Shown here: in pieces, positions 49,641 through 62,244 of the stretch | Layout of the letters: every line of letters begins with the position of its first letter | Position numbering within the stretch: position 1 is the first letter of the stretch | NCBI RefSeq assembly: GCF_963921235.1 | Contig: NC_086097.1 | Location: 116,872,001 to 116,936,000 of the forward strand | Length of the DNA: 64,000 bases | Source: Mobula hypostoma | Lineage: Eukaryota | Direction of reading: 5' to 3' | Made by a program: the position numbers and the translations under genes | The notes under the pieces: model-generated | The model's database searches: none | The model's input: the letters and a program-made list of their open reading frames with translations, nothing else | What the model was told of the DNA's origin: nothing

Positions 49641-52007
49641 CACTACATGGGTTTAAAATTGATGGTGTGGAAGGAAGGAAAGTTGGCTGAATTTAAGTAC
49701 ACCTGTCAGTAGACCTAAGGATGAAGGACCAACTTTAATCGGCATATATATTTACACGTATTAGGAATTTGCTGTGGTCTATTTGCATGACATGCAACAA
49801 AAAACAGCAGGATTCAACAATCCTAAGAATAAACAATTATATCAAAAATTAAGTTGGTGATTAAAGTATGGACATGGAATAAAATGTGCATAAATGCATA
49901 AATACCAGCAGGTATTTACAACATAAACAGCATTATAAACAGTGGGTTAGAGTGCAGCCAGTGATGGAGGAAATAGATAGAGGGGTGGGGTGGTAAACTA
50001 GAATGGTTGACCAGATAGACTGTCTGGGGGAAGTAAGTTTTAAAATGGCATGATATGTATGTGTTAATAACCTTAAGTGCTTTCCAGAATGGGATGCATC
50101 TGAGAAAGCCTTTGAACTTGGGAGGAATGTGTAGGAAAACATATATTTCAATACTATTTGGATACTAAGGTGATTTTGGAGGACTGGAGAGTGTTAAGTG
50201 TTGTTTCCTTGTTCACAAAACGATTTGCAGAAGTTTTTCGATTAAGATGCTTATCCTCAAGTTGAAGCAACTGGCATAAAGAAGATATTGAATACATAGA
50301 TTCACACTTGGCTAATTTATGCAATAGCAGATGATAGTAAATGGCTGTATTTCAAAATGGAAGGAAAAATATGGCATTCCTCAGGGACTAGTGGTCAGAT
50401 CTCTGCCTTGATTGATCTGCATTAACAACATAGACTGGGAGCACAAGCTGGAATTTCTGAATTTGCAGCTTGTACAAAAGTTGGCCATACTGTGAAATGT
50501 GAAGTAGAGAATGATCCACTGCAGCAGTGTATAAGCAAATGGGAGAATGGGCAGCTGTATGGGCAATAAAATTTAAAGTGAGGTGAAGGAAAATGAGGAG
50601 ATCAGTATAGAATACAGGATACTGTTCTAAAATGAGTGCAGGGTGTATGAGTACACAAATCATGGAAGTGGCAAGGTAAATAGAAAGAACAATTAATAAT
50701 GCATATGCAGTTCCGCACTTCATCAATCAACACACAGATAAAAAAGCAATGAAGTCAAGCTGAACCGCCATAAAATTTCATGTCAGCCCCAACTGGAATG
50801 TTGTGTTCCATTCTGGTTGACTTACAGTATTTGAGGGATGTGAAGGTTTGTAATTTGCTAAAGAAACTGCAAACTTCAGGGATAAGAAGGGTGAGGGGAG
50901 ATATGACTGAAGCATCCAAACAGGTTAAGGGGTCCAGACTAAGTGAGTAAGAGGAGGCTGTGTCCATTGGTGGAGGGGCAGTGGATGGAAGGTCACAGGT
51001 ATAAAAGTAAATGCAAGATGTGATGGAGACAGATGTGGCTTCCGAGAGGGAACTGGATAAATATGTGGTGATGGAAAGGACGGGAAAGTGGAACATGTTA
51101 AATCACTTTTTGAGATCCAATATGAACACTTCCAGGTGATTGACCTCCTTCAGTTCTTTAATCATTCCACTATTCTGTGACTCATCTTCATTGCATAAAA
51201 TCCTGATTATCCCTTGTAATTTCCTTTCCTTCACTGCCTGAAGGATTATCAAGGCTGACCAAACTCCATATGGCAACTTGATGTACTCGGGCAACACATG
51301 GATCCCATTAATTTTTGGTTTATTTTTATTGTCCCTAAATCCACATTCAGCTGCACATGGGCACAGGAAAGATCAACTTTGTTACGGGTTTCAAGCCTAA
51401 CAATTTTAAGAATAAATGGTTCTGTTTGGTTTTATTTGTCACGAGCACCAATATGGTGCCCAGTCATGGTGTTTGAGTACCACCAGCAGACTATTTGTTC
51501 TACCATACATCGTGTCTCCGCCTGCATTTCAATGTTATAGGGCTGATGAATGTAAATCGTGTGCCTTGTAGCTAACCATATCACTGTAAAAATGAGTGAA
51601 GCAGTGCTTAAATTGTGCCAGAAGCTTCCACAGACTCTCAGATTCTTTGCTAGTGTTACAGGTCACCAGCCAGAGTGCCAGAGGCAATAGTTTGCCATCA
51701 GTATTGACCAGCGCAAGACAACTGGTCATCATTATTGGCCATTTTCTCACCATGTGCTTTCAGTTGACCTCACATATTATTTCCCCAAGAATCTGCAAAC
51801 CCTCCCAGGAATAAATCTGTGCCTGGATCTTATAGGTAAAAATAAGAGATTGCTTTGCTGATTAGAGAGAAATATTGCCTAATAGAATTATTCTTTTCAT
51901 GGATGCTTTAGCATTTATTACTAGAAATAATTTTCCACTCAGGATCAATAAAGTACTTAAAATAATAGTAATAATTGTTATTTACCTAGAGAAATTGACA
52001 AACTACA

Positions 52008-54302
52008 TGAGAGTGACATAGTTAATTCAGAAACAAAGGTTGAGAGTGACATAGTTAATTCAGAAACAAAGGTTCTGAACTTAAAGAGGGGTAACTTTGA
52101 AGGTATGAGACATGAATTAGCTAAGATAGACTGGCAAATGACACTTAAAAGATTGACGGTGAATATGCAATGGCAAGCATTTAAAGGTTGCATGGATGAA
52201 CTACAACAATTGTTCATCCTAGTTTGGCAAAAGAATAAATCAAGGAAGGTAGTGCACCCGTGGCTGACAAGAGAAATTAGGGATAGTATCAATTCCAAAG
52301 AAGCAGCATACAAATTAGCCAGAGAAAGTGGCTCACCTGAGGACTGGGAGAAATTCAGAGTTCAGCAGAGGAGGACAAAGGGCTTAATTAGGAAGGGGAA
52401 AAAAGATTATGAGAGAAAACTGGCAGGGAACATAAAAACTGACTGTAAAAGCTTTTATAGATATGTAAAAAGGAAAAGACTGGTAAAGACAAATGTAGGT
52501 CCCCTACAGACAGAAACAGGTGAATTGATTATGGGGAGCAAGGACATGGCAGACCAATTGAATAATTACTTTGGTTCTGTCTTCACTAAGGAGGACATAA
52601 ATAATCTTCCAGAAATAGTAAGGGACAGAGGGTCCAGTGAGATGGAGGAACTGAGTGAAATACATGTTAGTAGGGAAGTGGTGTTAGGTAAATTGAAGAG
52701 ATTGAAGGCAGATAAATCCCCAGGGCCAGATGGTCTGCATCCTAGAGTGCTTAAGGAAGTAGCCCAAGAAATAGTGGATGCATTAGTGATAATTTTTCAA
52801 AACTCGTTAGATTCTGGACTAGTTCCTGAGGATTGGAGGGTGGCTAATGTAACCCCACTTTTTAAAAAAGGAGGGAGAGAGAAACCGGGGAATTATAGAC
52901 CGGTTAGCCTAACGTCGGTGGTGTGGAAACTGCTGGAGTCAGTTATCAAGGATGTGATAACAGCACATTTGGAAAGCGGTGAAATGATCGGACAAAGTCA
53001 GCATGGATTTGTGAAAGGAAAATCATGTCTGATGAATCTCATAGAATTTTTTGAGGATGTAACTAGTAGAGTGGATAGGGGAGAACCAGTGGATGTGGTA
53101 TATTTGGATTTTCAAAAGGCTTTTGACAAGGTCCCACACAGGAGATTAGTGTGCAAACTTAAAGCACACGGTATTGGGGGTAAGGTATTGGTGTGGGTGG
53201 AGAATTGGTTAGCAGACAGGAAGCAAAGAGTGGGAATAAACGGGACCTTTTCAGAATGGCAGGCGGTGACTAGTGGGGTACCGCAAGGCTCAGTGCTGGG
53301 ACCCCAGTTGTTTACAATATATATTAATGACTTGGATGAGGGAATTAAATTCAGCATCTCCAAGTTTGCGGATGACACGAAGCTGGGTGGCAGTGTTAGC
53401 AGTGAGGAGGATGCTAAGAGGATGCAGGGTGACTTGGATAGGTTGGGTGAGTGGGCAAACTCATGGCAGATGCAATTTAATGTGGATAAATGTGAAGTTA
53501 TCCACTTTGGTGGCAAAAATAGGAAAACAGATTATTATCTGAATGGTGGCCAATTAGGAAAAGGGGAGGTGCAACGAGACCTGGGTGTCATTATACACCA
53601 GTCATTGAAAGTGGGCATGCAGGTACAGCAGGCGGTGAAAAAGGCAAATGGTATGCTGGCATTTATAGCAAGAGGATTCGAGTACAGGAGCAGGGAGGTA
53701 CTACTGCAGTTGTACAAGGCCTTGGTGAGACCACACCTGGAGTATTGTGTGCAATTTTGGTCCCCTAATCTGAGGAAAGACTTCTTTGCCATAGAGGGAG
53801 TACAAAGAAGGTTCACCAGATTGATTCCTGGGATGGCAGGACTTTCATATGAAGAAAGACTGGATGAACTGGGCTTGTACTCGTTGGAATTTAGAAGATT
53901 GAGGGGGGATCCGATTGAAACGTATAAGATCCTAAAGGGATTGGACAGGCTAGATGCAGGAAGATTGTTCCCGATGTTGGGGAAGTCCAGAACAAGGGGT
54001 CACAGTTTGAGGATAGAAGGGAAGCCTTTTAGGACCGAGATGAGGATAAACTTCTTCACACAGAGAGTGGTGAATCTGTGGAATTCTCTGCCACAGGAAA
54101 CTGTTGAGGCCAGTTCATTGGCTATGTTTAAGAGGGAGTTAGATATGGCCCTTGTGGCTACAGGGGTCAGGGGGTATGGAGGGAAGGCTGGGGCGGGGTT
54201 CTGAGTTGGATGATCAGCCATGATCATAATAAATGGCGGTGCAGGCTCGAAGGGCCGAATGGCCTACTCCTGCACCTATTTTCTATGTTTCTATGTTTCT
54301 AA
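52008..54302 (+). mobile_element. Young 5'-truncated CR1 LINE
   Basis: Uninterrupted RT ORF, 3' UTR GGGCCGAATGGCCTACTCCTG and (TTTCTATG)n tail at about 54280-54301. Confidence 0.95.
52105..54204 (+). CDS. CR1 ORF2 reverse transcriptase portion (699 aa, endonuclease missing)
   Basis: KSPGPDG, PGNYRPVSLTS, YLDFQKAFDKVPH, GVPQGSVLGP, SKFADDTKLG, LVRPHLEYCVQFW. Confidence 0.9.
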   Translation: MRHELAKIDWQMTLKRLTVNMQWQAFKGCMDELQQLFILVWQKNKSRKVVHPWLTREIRDSINSKEAAYKLARESGSPEDWEKFRVQQRRTKGLIRKGKKDYERKLAGNIKTDCKSFYRYVKRKRLVKTNVGPLQTETGELIMGSKDMADQLNNYFGSVFTKEDINNLPEIVRDRGSSEMEELSEIHVSREVVLGKLKRLKADKSPGPDGLHPRVLKEVAQEIVDALVIIFQNSLDSGLVPEDWRVANVTPLFKKGGREKPGNYRPVSLTSVVWKLLESVIKDVITAHLESGEMIGQSQHGFVKGKSCLMNLIEFFEDVTSRVDRGEPVDVVYLDFQKAFDKVPHRRLVCKLKAHGIGGKVLVWVENWLADRKQRVGINGTFSEWQAVTSGVPQGSVLGPQLFTIYINDLDEGIKFSISKFADDTKLGGSVSSEEDAKRMQGDLDRLGEWANSWQMQFNVDKCEVIHFGGKNRKTDYYLNGGQLGKGEVQRDLGVIIHQSLKVGMQVQQAVKKANGMLAFIARGFEYRSREVLLQLYKALVRPHLEYCVQFWSPNLRKDFFAIEGVQRRFTRLIPGMAGLSYEERLDELGLYSLEFRRLRGDPIETYKILKGLDRLDAGRLFPMLGKSRTRGHSLRIEGKPFRTEMRINFFTQRVVNLWNSLPQETVEASSLAMFKRELDMALVATGVRGYGGKAGAGF

Positions 54303-54529
54303 ATATAATAGTACAATTATTATTTCATATTATAACACAGTAAGTGATTTTATTTAAGAGAATTTACCAGAATTTAGTAGATGTGTTAATATACTGTAAC
54401 TGCTTTTATTCTACATTATAGAATCATTTTTGTGATAGCTTGATAGAAGCATTTCTAATAAAATAAAGGGAATTTTGGAACTCTGTTGAACTTGAAAGAC
54501 TGCTGGCTAGAAATTCATTACTGATTGAT

Positions 54530-54686
54530 AGTACAATATATATGGTATGGTCCTATTAGTACAATATATATGGCAGGTCATATCAGTACAATCTGTGTGG
54601 TATGGTCCTATCAGTACAATATGTATGGTATAGTCCTATTAGTACAATATATATGGTATAGTCTTATCAGTACAATATGTATGGTC
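54530..54686 (+). repeat. Minisatellite, about 5.6 copies of a 28-bp unit
   Basis: Consensus AGTACAATATRTATGGTATRGTCCTATY, head to tail with no spacers. Confidence 0.9.
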
Positions 54687-55084
54687 ATCCAAACAGTGTG
54701 CTGCACTTATATCAGGATTACATTCTTTTGATTATATCACAAGTTTATCGTCATCAACCAGAGATGACCTTCTAGGCTCTGGCCTTCAGGATTTCTGTTA
54801 GTGGGCCCATTGAATCTATTGACTGCAAATGCTAGCATTAGTGCAACAAACAGCTTGCTAAGGAACTCAATAGGTCTTTGCTTATAAAACTATTTTGTCC
54901 AACAAGGGTGAAATAGTCAATGAAGTGCAGAATTTAAATTTATGAGCATTGGCCTATGGAAGTATTTGCTCTAAAGGAAGATTAGATGACCTAGGCTTAT
55001 TGTCAGAAAAGGCTGAGAATGGATTAACTGCAGTGTTTAGAATTTTGTGGGATCTACTGTATGTAGAGTCAATGGAAAAGATCT

Positions 55085-55365
55085 GGAAAACAACATCCAG
55101 TGAGTGGCAGTTCTGTGGGTGAAAATGGCTTGTTAATATGTGACATCAGAGGGGAGTGGTCAGACTAGTTCAAGCTGACAGGAAGGTGACAGTAACTCAA
55201 ATCACCACACATTACAACAGTGGTGTGCAGAAGAGCACCTCTGAATGCACAACATACCAAATCTTGAAGTAGACGGGCCTGAGGCAACAGGGAAGGCCAC
55301 AAACATACACTCAGTGGCCTCTTCGTTAGATACAGGAGGTACTTCACAAAGTGAACACTGAGTGT
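55085..55365 (-). mobile_element. Tc1-derived non-autonomous DNA transposon fragment
   Basis: Reverse complement of the 11600-11780 and 22560-22730 region. Contains CACTCAGTGGCC...GTGAACACTGAGTG. Confidence 0.65.
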
Positions 55366-55445
55366 ACACTGTAGTATCTGTTAGCTCACATATCTGCCAG
55401 GTATGTGGCTTTGAACTTACCAGTGTCTTACCATTTTTGTTACAG

Positions 55446-55559
55446 CCCCCTGTGAAGCCAGCGCTTTCTTCTGTCACAGCAACATGTGCATCAACGACAC
55501 ATTGGTCTGCAACGGTGTGCAAAACTGTGTGTATCCCTGGGACGAAAATCACTGTAAAG
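55446..55559 (+). CDS. NETO1: NETO1 coding exon (114 bp; LDL-receptor class A domain)
   Basis: TTTTTGTTACAG acceptor, GTAATT donor. Reads (P)[37 protein letters not shown] with six cysteines. Not reported in this frame by the ORF track. Confidence 0.96.
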
Positions 55560-56211
55560 GTAATTGCCTTTCCCCTTTTCTTCATACAAAATCGTTTAAC
55601 TAAGATAATCATTGTGTTTTCTTTGCAACCTTACCCCATTTCAAATGGGTATATGCTATTTAAAAAATACCTTTGAAATGCAATCAGCAATTTGATTAAC
55701 TGCAACTCCAATGTCCCACAAGACAAACAACATTTGGATTCAGCTCTCTTTGATGCCCTTGAAAACTTTCAAATACAATTTCTGCGGTGTTGAAGTATGT
55801 TGCTAATAGGATCTCCAAAGTAAATGTAATACTTACACTTTACTAATCTGTAAATTGCATTGTGCCTACTAATCCCCACTAACGCTGGCCTCATGAAGCA
55901 GGCACTAAATTTACACCACTGAATGTGTGCATTTATATAACTGACTGCTGTATCTATCTGACTATCAGCAATAGTTTAAGAGCTGATTAAAGTTCAAGCT
56001 GACAGGAAGGTGACTGTAAATCATATAACCACACATTACAACTCTGAATGCACAACATGTCAAACTTTGAAGTAGTTCTGCTACAGTAGACACTGGGAAT
56101 CCTTTATGTTCACACCTAGTTTTGACCTCCCTGATAAAATCTGTGTGGTAGCTTAGCAGTTAGTACTGACCCCCTACAAATGTTCTGTATCGATCCACTC
56201 GCTGCCGAAGT

Positions 56212-56503
56212 GAGCAGCACAGCAGTGTAGTGGTTAACTCATCGCTTTACAGTGCAGGCGACCAAGGTTCGATTCCCGCCACGGCCTGTAAAGAGCTTGT
56301 ACATTCTCCCTGTTACCGCGTGTGTTTCCTCCGGGTGCTCTGGTTTCCTCCCACAGTCGAGAGACGTACCAGTTGGTGGTTTAATTGGTCATTGTGAATT
56401 GTCCCGTGATTAGGCGCGGATTAAACTGGGGAATTGCTGGGTGCGTGGCTCGAAGGGCTGGAAGGGCATATTCCACATTATATCTCAATAAATAAATAAA
56501 TAA
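56212..56503 (+). mobile_element. V-SINE (tRNA-derived)
   Basis: A box AGTGTAGTGG, B box GGTTCGATTCC, V domain GTTTCCTCCGGGTGCTCTGGTTTCCTCCCACA, (AAAT)n tail. Confidence 0.8.
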
Positions 56504-59500
56504 TTTTCCTACCCGTCCCACCCTCCTCTGCCATGTTTCACATCTGTCCGTCCATTTATAATAATAATAGTTAATAATAATTAATTTCACCCCTCTTGGT
56601 GCCTGTGAAGTTGACTTGCTTCCCAATTTGAATGCAGATTACCACAGTGCATGTTTTAGTGTCAGGTGCAGCTCGATGGAAGGATGTAGAGCAGGGAGCC
56701 GGTAACATCAATCCTCACGCAATGTTGCTTTGATGACAGTTCCACAAGCCTAGACTTTACATGGCAGCTAATGGAAGCAGTCCCAAAGCACCAAAGGCAG
56801 GCCCTCTGTCCGTTGATGCAACATACATGAATTTACTAAAGTCAGCCCAGTCCAGTGAAGCCAAAATAGGCAAGATCGCAAGCAAGCATTTCAGAATGGA
56901 AAACCTTAGCAACAAATTGTATGTACATGGCATTTACTGGGAATGAGCACTGAAATATTTATTTCTCATGTGTCAGATGCTGCTGGTGGTGTTGTGTTCA
57001 GTGAATGAAAGAATAAGACACTGAGTAAATTGATATAAGTTAGTGTGAATAATACAGTATAACTATGTGTAAAGAGTTTATTTGCTTGATTGGGTTGATT
57101 TTACTTTTAATAGGGAAGCTGTCTGGTAAATAATCATGTAGGGTACCTTTAACAACTATTCTGTTTCAACTGGCAGAGCTCTGATTTAATTGGTTGATAG
57201 GCTGTTTATTAATAAGGGTGTCATAGGTTACGCAGAGAAGGCAGGAGAATGCGGTTGAGGAGGATAATAGATCAGCCATGATTGAATGACAGATCAGACT
57301 TGATGGACTGAATGGACTAATTAAGCTCCCTTGTCTTACGGACTTGTGATACATTGTACCAAGACTGCTGTTCAATGTGGTGGACAGAACAAAGTCTGGA
57401 AAAGTGAGAAGTGATTCAATTTGGAAGGCGGAGTACAGGAATAGTGGCAGGATCTTTAGCTGTGTGGATGAGCAGAAGACCTTGGTGTCCATGTTCACAG
57501 ATGCCACAAATTTGCCAGTCAAGTTAATAGGGCTGATAAGCAGGCATATGGTGGGTTCATCTTCATTCGTTGGAGGATTGAGTATAAGAGCTGCAAGGTA
57601 ATGTTGCAGCTGGTGAGATTACTTTAGCATATTGTGTTCTGTTCCAGTCTCCTCATTAACGGAAGGATCTGGAAGCTTTCGAGAGGGTGCAGAGGAGGTT
57701 TACCAGGATGCTGCCTGGACTAGAGAGGCAAATACATTAGGGGCATTTAACAAACCCTTAAATAGGCACATAGATTATACAAAAATTGAGAGCTATATTG
57801 GAGGGAATGTTAAATTGAAAGTTTGTCACAACATCATGGGCCAAATAGCCTGTACTGTACAGTGATGTTCCATTTTCAATGTTCTATGTAAATCGGGAAT
57901 TATTGCCTTTAATCATGGATGATCCGATGATATTCCTGACTCAGACCAGTCACTCCTATCCAAACCATCATAGAAGAAAAAGATGGCAAGCAAACCAAGG
58001 AAGAGACATATACCTGACAGGAAAAGAAATGCTACAGGGTTTGTAGGTTCAGGGGGATAGCCCTGAACTTGTAGGCAAGGTGACACTAGGAAAAAATCAG
58101 GGACTCATAAATTCAATGGATTTTATATCATATGATTAGATAATATAGATGCTGAAAAGCCAAGCGAGGATGTTGCTTACAGGCAGTGAGGACCCAAGAC
58201 TGGACTTCCTTTCCTGTCTTGATGAGGGGTTTTGACTCGAAATGTTCACTTCCATTCCTCTCTATAGAGGCTGCGTGGCATGCAGAGCTCCCCCAGCATT
58301 TCTATATGTTACTGAGGATAGAAGACAGTGAAAGTTCAAAATCAGCGATTTGTTGTAATGCTTGGGTCAATTATATAGTATTTAGTGTGACTTTTAGAAT
58401 TACCTTTCACGATCTAGTTCTATGTTTATATTAAGCATCATCCAGTTACTAACACAGGATTATATCAGTTAAATTATTCGTACGACCGCACGGTTCTTGC
58501 TTCAAATAATTATCTCTCTGAACCAATAATTCTACTGGGGTATTTTTCCCAGGCAGGCATTGTAAGCATCAAATTTTTGCCAAGGTTTTGTGTTGTGATA
58601 TGTCTATGGCCAGTACTTTCATACTTTGCCTATAATGAATTGGATTGGCCCTAGTAAGTTCAAAGCTTTGGGACTGCCTCCACTATGTACCCAGGTGTCA
58701 AATGCCGCAATTTGCAAATTCACCGAAAAAAGTTTACACTTGAAATCAAGTCGTGTTTGACAGTGGACAACAGAATTCTTTAAAATGTAAGTAAGATAGC
58801 AATGGAACGAGATGATAGGAAATTGTGTACTGATGCAGCAGGTTGAAGTGTCTGTATGTATTAGGATCACACTTCTGTATATCACCCCAAACGATGATGA
58901 ATTCAGAACGTTAGAGGACAGTCTCCCTCTTGTGAGTTCACCATTCATGGGCAGGTTTGAACAGGTACAGAGAGAACAGTGTGAGAAACACACCAGAGCA
59001 TTGTGATGAGCTGAACTTCACAAGATGTTCTCCTGGCAGTCTCCCATGACGTCAGCAGAAGTCTATAAATTTGGTTAAGTGCCACTTGTGCCATTTTTCC
59101 AAAGTTCTTTTGTCGAAGTTCATAATGAAAACCTCCGCTGCCATATTTTTGGCTACCGTGGGCCATGCTTATCAATGAATTGATGGCGGATACTGTAGAG
59201 GTGCCTGAGTCCGTCGTATTCACCTTCCCTACATCTCCATGGGAAAGCGCAAAAGCAGATCTGATACTGAATGGCGGGAAACAAAGGCTATTTTCAGATT
59301 ATTCATCAATTAATTAACTCTGGTGTTCTTGAAGTGAGCTGATGATTACAGCTAACATCCTGACAACTCTTGGTAAAATTATCATGTAAGAACACAAACA
59401 TTATCGTGCATCATAATGCAAGTTGAAAGCAGGACCTGTGATACTTCAACACCGCTGCTTCGTTGTTCCTCTGAGTGTTCCTCAACTGCTTCTAACTTTC

Positions 59501-59924
59501 CCACTTCCCAGATTAAATGCTCCATCCCTGACATTTTTTATATCTATATAAATGTGTGGCTAGGATTTAAATATACTGTATAGATTCAGTAAAACAAACT
59601 AGGAAGTCTACACAAGTCTTTCTTAAAGGATGAACTTGAAAGTGGACAATTTTTTAATGGAAATTACAGGACAACATTACACAGCAGCTACGTTTGTAGG
59701 AATTAGGACTGTACAGAACATATATCCCAATTCCAGTATAAAAAATGGATGCAGGGTAATACTTGCAGTACACCTGTGTGAGTTTTGATTTGTTATAAAG
59801 CACTTTGTGGTTCTGAATCAATTATCAGAAACATAGAAAACCTACAGCACAATAATTGTTCAAAACTTTCTGCCAGTTGTTTTCAAGGATCACTCTTGAA
59901 ATTAATAAATTGCATGAGTGCCAT

Positions 59925-60390
59925 TAAGACCATAAGGCCGCAAGACACAAGAACAAAATGAGGCCATTTGGCCCATCAAATTTGCTCTGCCATTCCACCA
60001 TGGTTGATTGATTATCTCTCACGGCCCCTCCCCCCCATAACCTTTGATGCTCTTACTAATCAAGAAACTTTCAACCTCTGCTTTAAATATATTCAATGAA
60101 TGAATTTCATCGCCCTCTAAAGAAATTCCTCCTCATCTCTGTTCTTAAGGGACATAGTTATATACAGAGGCCGTGTCCTCCGGTCCTAGACACCCCACAA
60201 TCGGAAACCTCCTCTCCACATTCACTCAGTCTAGGCCTTTCAATATTAGAAACATTTCAATGAGATCCCCCTTTGTTCTTGTAAACTCCAGTGAGTACAG
60301 GCCCAGAACCATCGAGTGCCCCTTATCTGTTAACCCTTTCATTCCCAGGATCACTCTTGTGAACCTCCTCTATACCCACTCCAATGCAGC
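59925..60390 (-). mobile_element. CR1 LINE 3' end
   Basis: Homologous to 39465-39940 and 49225-49640. Confidence 0.78.
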
Positions 60391-62244
60391 ACATCTCTTC
60401 TTTGATGAGCTCACAATGCCCAAGTGCAGACTAATGATTAGTAAGGGAGGAGGCAGGAGAATGGGTGTGGGAGGGACAATATATCAGCCATGATTGAATG
60501 GCAGAGCAGACTCGATGGGCTGGATGTCCTAATTCTGCTCCTTTGAGGAAAAAATGCTACGGAAATTAACAGCATAGTTTGGGACCATTCATGATTTCAT
60601 ACAGGTATAATTTCATTGTGATTGTGATAAACAGTCACCTTACCACCTGTCATTATGGAAGACCCACACAATAATCCCACTCCCCTGCTTTGTCCCCATC
60701 TTCTGCAAAGCGTTTTCTCTACAGCAAGTGCAGGGAACTGGACATTTCAAGGACGTGAGAAGCAACAAACAACACCACACTCCAATTAATCAGATCTCAG
60801 AACTCCATAAGGTACGCAGGATGCTTAAGGCAAAAAGATATGGCATGCTTAAATGAAGTGCGGAAGTAAAAATAAAAATAGTTGCTAAATACATATGGGA
60901 GTACAAGAGAGAAAGGGACCTGTTGACTCAGTGAATAAAGCGTTTGCCTATAAACTGGAGTTTATGTTTCCTCAATACAAGGAACAGACTCTGTATCCTG
61001 CTGTCACAAAGATAGTGAGTAACACACACAAAATGCTGGAGGAGCTCTGTAAGTCTGGCAGCATCTATGTAAAGGAATTTACAGTCAATGTTTGGGGCTG
61101 AGATCCTTCATTACCTTCGTTAGAACTGGCTATATATAAAATTAAATTAACTAAGTAGTGCAAAAGGTTGTCAGGTAGTGTTCATAGGTTCAATGTCCAT
61201 TCAGAAATTTGATGGCAGAGCAGAAGAAGCTATTTCTGAATCATTGAGTGTGTGCCTTCAGACTCCTGTAACTCCTCCCTGATGGTAGCAATGAGAGAAG
61301 GGGACATCCTGAGTAAGCATAACACTATTACAGTGCCGAGTTCAATTCTGTCTCAGTTTCCCATGACCGCGTGGGTTTCCACTGAGTGCTCTGGTTTCTT
61401 CATACATTCAAGCTGTTTGTTATGTCTCCCCTCTCGCTGTGAAACGGAGACACCTCTTTCTCCCTCATTAGGGAGAGAGAGAGCCTGTGGTATGCCGAAT
61501 ACCGGGTGAACAATGCAGTCTTTGGAGTACTGCAAGTCTGTGTCTTTGCTGTTGCTTTGTTCAAGCATGAGTGCTCGGTGGTGGGTGCCGATGCTTTTTT
61601 TTTGCTGGTGGGGGTCGGGGGGATTGTTGCGTGCTGCTGCTTAAATGTGGGAGGGAGAGGAGCTGGGGGGGGCATTGGTGTTCTAACATTTAACTGTCAT
61701 TCGTTCTTTGGGACACTCCTCTGTTTGTGTGGATGGTTGTGAAGAAAAAGCATTTCAGGGTTATATTGCATACATTTCTCTGACATTAAATGTACAGTCG
61801 AAACATTCCGAAGGCGTCCAGGTTAATTGGTCACCTGGGTGTAATTGGTCAACATGGGCTCAGTAAGCTTTTGATATTCTGTATCTCTAAATAAATAGAA
61901 ATGAAGAAAACGAGTGATCAATGTTATATATAAAAAAGCACAATGAAAGACAAAATAATTAAGTGAAATCAAACAATAAAACAAACTAAAGTAACCAGTA
62001 TTATTCAGCTTGTCATACTCACTCCTCTACCTCGTAATGAATAGGATTACAGTCCCTGCAGTAGGCTTACATGGACACAAGTTTTCGAGCAAGGTTGGGA
62101 GCTGATGGAAGTTTGCACTCTCTCGCTTGATTCCACAAGTAATCTATGGTCATGGTTATTCAGGGAAGCAGCTCTGAAATTTGGAAATGAACCTTGTGCA
62201 GGAATCCCAAAGTTACTGTCAGGGGTTAATTGTTGGTCATGCAT

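Noticed and set aside
52105..54204. 699-aa ORF as a host gene, retron or other novel RT system
   Set aside because: Standard CR1 ORF2 motifs with CR1 3' UTR and tail. It is 5'-truncated and lacks the endonuclease.
54530..54686. 28-bp repeats as a CRISPR array
   Set aside because: Units are head to tail with no spacers, so this is a minisatellite.
55202..55676. ORFs 55202-55612(-) and 55362-55676(+)
   Set aside because: Antisense and alternative-frame shadows of the LDLa exon plus transposon sequence.
56212..56285. tRNA gene
   Set aside because: A and B boxes run into a V domain and an (AAAT)n tail with no cloverleaf, so it is a SINE head. The same applies at 29390-29455 and 2600-2670.
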